DNA of 38,915 nt. Source: a virus. Location of the stretch: the IMG/VR virus record IMGVR_UViG_3300045988_153185; one strand, written 5' to 3'. The notes beneath the pieces are model-generated. The model worked only from the letters and a program-made list of their open reading frames with translations. It did not search any database and was not told the origin of the DNA. Each line of letters starts with the position of its first letter. Position 1 is the stretch's first letter. Below, in pieces: positions 34,376 to 38,915 of the stretch. The position numbers and the translations under genes were made by a program.

Positions 34376-35005
34376 TTATTTTTCAGTGCTCTTACTATCA
34401 CATCCATCGCAATAATGCTGAAATGTAGATTCATATGTATCAATTTCTTGTTTATATCTGTTTATTCTTTTTTCCAAAATCTCAATTTTCTCTTGTTGTT
34501 CCTCAAATATACTTTTTGGTCTATACATGTACTTTGCTTTTCCGTATCCATCCGAATCAGTCAAATTATGGTACCTATCCAACCAAACAATATAAAACAA
34601 ATTATCAATTTTGGCACCAATGACTCTTCCATTTGATTTATTAATTCTAAATTGATAATATTCTAACTGTTCATGGCCTTCAGGCAACTTTGCGTTTGCC
34701 TTCTTCCAGTTAACTGGGTGTAAATCATACATTGAACCTTTCCCCAGTTCGTAAATATTTTTATTACTTATCTCTTTTAAACAGTCCAATAACTCGATAA
34801 ACCATTCACCGCTGACAGCTTCTGGACAATGTTCATTCTTTCCAACATTAAAAAGTGGATGATTTCTATCAAATAATTCAAAAGAAAATACGAATCTTTT
34901 ATCTTTATCCTTTTGATCAGGAAGCTTAATCCCAAGCCCTCTAATATTTCCTTTCGCATCAATAGATGGCTTTGGAATGCCGAGCCCAAGTGTTTCTTTA
35001 GTCAT
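34376..35005 (-). CDS. Candidate toxin partner of the Panacea antitoxin (unassigned fold, possible RelE-like core)
   Basis: 209 aa, 8-nt overlap with the upstream gene. YYQFRINKSNGRVIGAKIDNLFYIVWLDRYHNL loosely resembles RelE/ParE C-terminal strands. Followed by a coiled-coil tail. Confidence 0.45.
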   Translation of the reverse strand: MTKETLGLGIPKPSIDAKGNIRGLGIKLPDQKDKDKRFVFSFELFDRNHPLFNVGKNEHCPEAVSGEWFIELLDCLKEISNKNIYELGKGSMYDLHPVNWKKANAKLPEGHEQLEYYQFRINKSNGRVIGAKIDNLFYIVWLDRYHNLTDSDGYGKAKYMYRPKSIFEEQQEKIEILEKRINRYKQEIDTYESTFQHYCDGCDSKSTEK

Positions 35006-35462
35006 TTTGCGCCTTTATATATTGCTCTAAATAATAATCTCTCATATCTTCAATCTTTATCTCATTATTGGATGCCTCATAAGGCTCAAGCCCAATCCTT
35101 TGTTTTTTCCACGGTTCTTCTTGATGAGTTAAATATTCTAGTGAATCTCCATCCATTTCACCATATAAAGAAAAGACAGCATTTAATAGCTGTAAACTTT
35201 GATCGTCTAAATCAGAGTCATCAAAAGATAGATTTTGCGGTATCATATTCCAGCCATTCTGACTGTATTGTCTATAAAGATCTGGGCAAACAGGACCATG
35301 CACCCATGCTTCAAATCTATTGTTAATAAGTATGCCATCATACAATGCGGCAAACCATGCTTGAGCGTAATAACACAACTTTTGTAATTCTTTATTAGTC
35401 ATAGCTCTTTGATGTAAAAACCAATTTGATATTAGATCAATACTATACTTTTTTTGTTCCAT
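34998..35462 (-). CDS. Panacea (SocA-like, DUF4065) antitoxin-domain protein
   Basis: NKELQKLCYYAQAWFAALYDGILINNRFEAWVHGPVCPDLYRQY. AAGGAGG RBS before the ATG at 35462. Confidence 0.7.
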   Translation of the reverse strand: MEQKKYSIDLISNWFLHQRAMTNKELQKLCYYAQAWFAALYDGILINNRFEAWVHGPVCPDLYRQYSQNGWNMIPQNLSFDDSDLDDQSLQLLNAVFSLYGEMDGDSLEYLTHQEEPWKKQRIGLEPYEASNNEIKIEDMRDYYLEQYIKAQND

Positions 35463-35690
35463 ACAATCCTCCTTATATGAACTGATACTGCAATGCAATG
35501 TATAACAATTCATATTCTTATTATACTAGATAATCTTTAAATCTCAATAAAATATTTACTTTTTAAAATATATTTAATATTTGTAATTGTTTTTATTATT
35601 GCACTCTTTTTCTTTATTATACAAACACTTGTACGGGCTTTATGGACAAGTTTCTATTATTAAAACTGAAAAATTACAGTGTAAATACAT

Positions 35691-35720
35691 AAAAAGACCG
35701 GGATCTCTCCCAGCCTTTTT
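35691..35720. terminator. Bidirectional rho-independent terminator immediately after mini-array 2
   Basis: AAAAA GACCGGGA TCTC TCCCAGCC TTTTT. On the minus strand this is GGCTGGGA GAGA TCCCGGTC with G-U pairs. Confidence 0.6.
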
Positions 35721-35809
35721 AATACATCTTATGTTATTGTTTATCGTGTTCTGCTTAATCAGTTCTCCCTGTTGCATCTATTTCAAAACATCTCATGTTA
35801 TTGTTTATC
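35716..35809 (-). CRISPR. Orphan mini-CRISPR array 2: two 30-nt repeats and one 34-nt spacer
   Basis: Minus strand reads GATAAACAATAACATGAGATGTTTTGAAAT / AGATGCAACAGGGAGAACTGATTAAGCAGAACAC / GATAAACAATAACATAAGATGTATTAAAAA. Repeats are 26/30 identical, period 64. The spacer matches TMP 5003-4970 at 33/34. Confidence 0.65.
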
Positions 35810-35893
35810 CAACGTAATTACGCCATTTCATACATCTAGTTTACCTCTAAAACGACCATTTTACAAGGTCTTTAGAGTTTTCTTCCCAACTAT

Positions 35894-36061
35894 TGAAGCC
35901 TACAAGATACAAAATAGACTATACAAGAAGTTTTGTACTACCTTATTCTCAGTTGCCTTTTGCATTAATTTTTCCTTGTAACTTGCTAATTCATCGACAC
36001 TCATGTTTTTTAGTTTCTCTAAATAGGGAGTTAGTTTCTCAAAAAATTCTTCGTCTGTCAT
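35894..36061 (-). CDS. Small ORF (55 aa) translationally coupled to the Rha gene, absent from the ORF track
   Basis: GGGGAGGTGG RBS. The ATG at 36061 abuts the TAA of the Rha gene. MTDEEFFEKLTPYLEKLKNMSVDELASYKEKLMQKATENK... Confidence 0.45.
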
Positions 36062-36844
36062 TTAGGCCACCTCCCCATATACAGCAAGTTGAAATAATTC
36101 CTTAAATGAATCCGCATAGTATAAAGGCTGTACTTCTCTTTGGTTATGTGGACTTACTGCATTTTCTCCGTATTGTAAGCCCTTGGCTGTTAGAGCTTTA
36201 AATTTCTTCTCCTTGGTTTTATCTTTTGCGGACTTTCTCGCTTTTATTTCCAGATAGCCACCAGCTACCATGTATGTATTAAATTTTGCCGCCGAAATTC
36301 CTAAATCATATTGTTTCAGGAGCTCTGTTGCAGATTTCAGTTCCCTGCTACCATTATGCTCATACTTTGGAAGAAACTCTGTAGGTAGTTCATAGCTCTT
36401 GTACAATTCCTCAAGCATTAGAAGTTTGCTGGCATCGTTTGCTTTCAGCATATCGGCAACTACTTCGATACACTCGACTTGCTCTTTAAAGGATACTTGG
36501 TGATTATACTGTTGCCCCTTTTCGATAAACTCTTTCATTTTTTCAAAAGCTTCTATGTATTTGGCTGTAAAAATGACCCCTTTCTTCCCGGTCATTTTGT
36601 TTGCTATCATATCACAGCCTTTTTTAGTACAGAGATAACAGTGAAGCTTTCTGCCTGTGCTATCCTGGTATTCAGATTCTACAAAATATTCACTCAAGCC
36701 AAAATTGGCTTCAGTGAGATGTTTGCAATAATTTCTAATATCTCTTAAAAGCTTTGCGTGATCCTTCTCAACCATCACTGCCACTTCTCTACTATCCGTT
36801 AATAATTGTCCATTCTGTTCAAATACTGTTAATTCTTTTTGCAC
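36062..36844 (-). CDS. Rha-family phage regulatory protein / antirepressor
   Basis: LTVFEQNGQLLTDSREVAVMVEKDHAKLLRDIRNY...TKKGCDMIANKMTGKKG. GTG start at 36844 with a GGAGG RBS 8 nt upstream. Confidence 0.75.
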   Translation of the reverse strand: MQKELTVFEQNGQLLTDSREVAVMVEKDHAKLLRDIRNYCKHLTEANFGLSEYFVESEYQDSTGRKLHCYLCTKKGCDMIANKMTGKKGVIFTAKYIEAFEKMKEFIEKGQQYNHQVSFKEQVECIEVVADMLKANDASKLLMLEELYKSYELPTEFLPKYEHNGSRELKSATELLKQYDLGISAAKFNTYMVAGGYLEIKARKSAKDKTKEKKFKALTAKGLQYGENAVSPHNQREVQPLYYADSFKELFQLAVYGEVA

Positions 36845-36991
36845 TTCACTTACCTCCAACAATTTACATTGATTTTTTGATGGAAATAAACTAAAATGTA
36901 TAATATGTAAACAAAATAGTTTACAAAAATAAATCATTTTTGGTTTATTTCTGGTTTTAGAGTAAACACGCTTCTGTGGTGGTTGAGGTGT

Positions 36992-37129
36992 TTACTCTTT
37001 TTTTGTGTCTAAATCTTTTAAAATTAATTGCAAAAGATATTTTTTTACTGTTTTGTTCTCCTGGAAGGTCTTTATTCTTAATTTGGTATGCACCTCTTCC
37101 GGTACTTCTACAGTAATCCATTTTCCCAT
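36992..37129 (-). CDS. Ribbon-helix-helix (Arc/CopG-like) small regulator
   Basis: MGKWITVEVPEEVHTKLRIKTFQENKTVKKYLLQLILKDL. GGGGGTGAAGG RBS. Confidence 0.6.
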   Translation of the reverse strand: MGKWITVEVPEEVHTKLRIKTFQENKTVKKYLLQLILKDLDTKKE

Positions 37130-37265
37130 TTCCTTCACCCCCTTTTTTATTATTATACTTTTGCCATAGTCGCATGTCAACGTTTTTATCAAATTATATG
37201 TAAATATTCTATCTTATAATTATATTATAGTACAATATAATTACTTTAACTTCACTATATGTTAT

Positions 37266-37355
37266 GTGTTATAACCTGTGAAAGATTTATAACACTTTTT
37301 GGAAATAATCTTTATTTTTTTATAACACATTATACTCTATTGTGTATTTATACAC
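37266..37355. promoter_or_regulatory. Genetic switch 2 operators: TTATAACAC x3 (one inverted) plus palindrome GTGTATTTATACAC
   Basis: GTGTTATAAC at 37266-37275, TTATAACAC at 37287-37295 and 37320-37328, and the palindrome at 37342-37355. Confidence 0.55.
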
Positions 37356-37441
37356 TTTTGTGTTTACTCTTGAATTTCAAAGTAAAGTACAATATAATAT
37401 ATTAAACTATGATTTTTAATAAAAGCGAATGGAGTGATACA

Positions 37442-37798
37442 ATGCCATATAACTATAGAATAAAAGAATTATTAGAAAAAAACCATATGACACAATTTGA
37501 ATTAGCTAAAAGGATAAAATTAACTCCAACTTCCCTTTCACGATATTTAAAAGGAACACAAGAACCTAAATTAGAAGTTATAGTTAAAATGGCCAATGTA
37601 TTTAATGTTTCTATTGATTATCTGATCGGAAATGATGATAACGAATATGTTTCCACAAAAAACAGATTGTGCAATAATGCTAATTATGATCTTTTTTTAA
37701 AGGTTGTTTTGCAACTTGGAGAATTGACAAATAGTCAACTTTCCAAAGTATCAGATTATGTAGAGTTTATTAATAATACAGATAAAAAGAGCACCTAG
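37442..37798 (+). CDS. XRE-family HTH repressor of switch 2
   Basis: MPYNYRIKELLEKNHMTQFELAKRIKLTPTSLSRYLKGTQEPKLEVIVKMANVFNVSIDYLIG. GGAGTGA RBS. Confidence 0.75.
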   Translation: MPYNYRIKELLEKNHMTQFELAKRIKLTPTSLSRYLKGTQEPKLEVIVKMANVFNVSIDYLIGNDDNEYVSTKNRLCNNANYDLFLKVVLQLGELTNSQLSKVSDYVEFINNTDKKST

Positions 37799-37815
37799 GT
37801 TATCCAGGTGCTTTT
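37784..37815. terminator. Bidirectional terminator shared by the XRE gene (+) and mini-array 1 (-)
   Basis: AAAAAG AGCACCT AGGTTATCC AGGTGCT TTT. Confidence 0.6.
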
Positions 37816-37973
37816 CACATTCCACTATGCTTCTATTAATACTAAGGTAAAACAGAACCAGGCAGGCGTGGATCTATTCTTTACATTCCACTATGTTTCT
37901 ATTAATATGAAAGATAAAAAGGAGGCCCCAATTCAGGGCACCCCTTTACATTCCACTATATTTCTACTATTTT
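37813..37973 (-). CRISPR. Orphan mini-CRISPR array 1: three 30-nt repeats and two spacers (36 and 35 nt)
   Basis: Repeats at 37813-37842, 37879-37908 and 37944-37973, with core ..ATAGTGGAATGTAAAG on the minus strand. Period 65-66. Spacer 37843-37878 matches TMP 5852-5887 at 33/36. Confidence 0.75.
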
Positions 37974-38344
37974 TCTCTCTCATCCATATTAATATCTTTG
38001 GCTAATTTGTTTCGTGCTTTTAGGAGTCCTTCATCGCCTTTGCCTTTTGAAATAGCATTAAATATATTATCGATATCTTTTTGTACTTGCTTGCTCATTT
38101 TTGTTTCTTTTCCTGGTAAATCTGGATATGCTTTTTTAAGAGTATTGAACTGTTTTAACATTTCCAATGCTGTATATGTATCATCAAAATACATATCTAT
38201 TGCTTTAACAATCGTTTTTGCACCATCATACTGTTCATCAGAAAGACCCTCTGGTTTTCCTTTTTCAGGAGACGAACACCCCGCAAACCCAACAACCATG
38301 CACATCGCAAACACCAACACCAACATTTTTTTAACTTTTTTCAT
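37967..38344 (-). CDS. Lipoprotein (moron; candidate superinfection-exclusion factor)
   Basis: MKKVKKMLVLVFAMCMVVGFAGCSS has a lipobox. GGGAGGA RBS before the ATG at 38344. Confidence 0.75.
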   Translation of the reverse strand: MKKVKKMLVLVFAMCMVVGFAGCSSPEKGKPEGLSDEQYDGAKTIVKAIDMYFDDTYTALEMLKQFNTLKKAYPDLPGKETKMSKQVQKDIDNIFNAISKGKGDEGLLKARNKLAKDINMDEREK

Positions 38345-38374
38345 AACAAATCCTCCCGACCTTTTTATATTTAC

Positions 38375-38403
38375 AATATATAGCAAGAAGGATAAGAAAG
38401 CAA
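38375..38403 (-). promoter_or_regulatory. Candidate sigma-70 promoter for the lipoprotein gene and mini-array 1
   Basis: Minus strand reads TTGCTT-N17-TATATT. Confidence 0.35.
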
Positions 38404-38407
38404 TAGC

Positions 38408-38915
38408 TTAAACCCTTTTTATCACAGATTTTATGACATAAAACATAATCGTGTTTCCTGCCGGCACCGCGCTTTGAAAAGTCACTGTACTTCCACTGAT
38501 CGTATAGTCCCGTCCCTTGGTAAGAAGCATCCCATTCTTAAATACTTGAAGGATATCTCCATCAGTATAAGATGCTTCTGTTGGTATATCCAGATTGGTT
38601 GTCTCTGCTGTGACTGATACTTCCGCCTGATGATCTTCATTTACTGTCGTTACCCCAAGTTCTGTTACTAATGAGTTGAACCATTCATCAAAGGCTTCCT
38701 TCTTTTGGGTACTCCAGTCAGTATATTCTTTGGTACTATCTGCATAAAACTTGTTGTAAGCAGTGCTCCATTGGTCATACAACTGGCTGGTGTCCAGAAA
38801 GTCAATCAATCCTGTCACCCAGCCACACAGTCGACTGTCTGCCCTTGTATCCGTAATCTCTGCTTGAGTAACAGTCTCCATCAGCTTGTTTACTGCCACA
38901 TATGCCAAAAAAAAC
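38408..38915 (-). CDS. Tail fibre / receptor-binding-type protein, C-terminal part (continuation of 450-1 across the junction)
   Basis: In frame with 1-450. The track M at 38908 is an internal TTG codon. Confidence 0.8.
   Translation of the reverse strand, partial: FFLAYVAVNKLMETVTQAEITDTRADSRLCGWVTGLIDFLDTSQLYDQWSTAYNKFYADSTKEYTDWSTQKKEAFDEWFNSLVTELGVTTVNEDHQAEVSVTAETTNLDIPTEASYTDGDILQVFKNGMLLTKGRDYTISGSTVTFQSAVPAGNTIMFYVIKSVIKRV
38843..38915. repeat. Terminal overlap copy 2, identical to 1-73
   Basis: Same 73-mer as the window start. Circular-assembly signature. Confidence 0.9.

Larger units (their letters stand above)
1..38915. mobile_element. Complete temperate siphovirus-like phage genome, circularly permuted in this window
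   Basis: Full set of lysogeny, replication, lysis, packaging, head and tail modules plus integrase and attP. The window ends overlap by 73 bp. Confidence 0.9.

Noticed and set aside
35587-36105. Plus-strand track ORFs 35587-35817, 35772-35981 and 35893-36105
   Set aside because: They run through mini-array 2, its terminator and the antisense strand of a coupled small ORF. They have no ribosome-binding sites.
36957-37192. Track ORFs 36957-37175 and the long form 36992-37192
   Set aside because: The internal ATG at 37129 with a strong GGGGGTGAAGG RBS gives a clean 45-aa ribbon-helix-helix protein. The upstream extension and the alternative frame lack ribosome-binding sites.
37909-37943. A self-match for the second spacer of array 1 (GGGTGCCCTGAATTGGGGCCTCC...) elsewhere in the window
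   Set aside because: Scanning the sequence and the six-frame translations by eye found no match. The spacer presumably targets another element. This needs a database search.
37808-38005. Track ORF of 65 aa with internally repeated peptide (FTFHYASIN / FTFHYVSIN / LHSTIF)
   Set aside because: The repetition is the translation of three CRISPR-type DNA repeats. There is no RBS, and the sequence KVKQNQAGVDLF is a spacer copy of the TMP sequence. It is not a gene.

Overview
The window is one complete, circularly closed temperate siphovirus-type phage genome of about 38,842 unique bp. Bases 1-73 are identical to 38843-38915 and sit inside a tail-fibre gene, so this is an assembly overlap. The host is a low-GC Firmicute, probably Clostridia-like (GGAGG ribosome-binding sites, clostridial-type CRISPR repeats, attP carrying a tRNA 3' end).

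Minus strand, read from high to low coordinates:
- Early/lytic genes 27563->21653: Cro-like XRE, excisionase-type HTH, recombination and replication genes with iterons inside the replisome-organiser gene, RusA, and a sigma-r4-like late activator.
- An AT-rich, terminator-insulated two-gene Kiwa-like cassette (21332->19840).
- Lysis cassette: holin, TM protein, amidase.
- Packaging: TerS-like gene, HNH/P-loop fusion, second TerS-like gene, a tail-collar (MdpB-like) gene, TerL.
- HK97-type portal, protease and capsid, then head-tail joining genes.
- Major tail protein, G/GT chaperones, a 1608-aa tape measure, Dit, a Gp37-like tail protein, a tail fibre that wraps the circular junction, and a lipoprotein moron.

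Plus strand:
- Lysogeny operon 27728->34052: cI-like XRE, three membrane/secreted genes, two HEPN-motif Abi-type genes, tyrosine integrase.
- attP follows, with arm-type repeats and a tRNA 3' fragment.

A Panacea-antitoxin pair and a second XRE / RHH-Rha switch lie between attP and the tail end.

Main discovery: two cas-less mini-CRISPR arrays of two different clostridial type I-B-like repeat families (37813-37973 and 35716-35809). Each lies between a minus-strand gene and a bidirectional terminator. Each carries a spacer that nearly matches this phage's own tape-measure gene (33/36 and 33/34), with the self-copy mismatched at seed position 5 or 4.

Other notable points:
- An unannotated -1 frameshift adds an Ig/FN3-like domain to the major tail protein.
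- A promoter-plus-terminator small RNA or leader lies upstream of the Abi_2 gene.
- A HEPN-motif gene is flanked by 23-nt direct repeats.

All family assignments are made by eye from recalled motifs and need HMM or BLAST confirmation.
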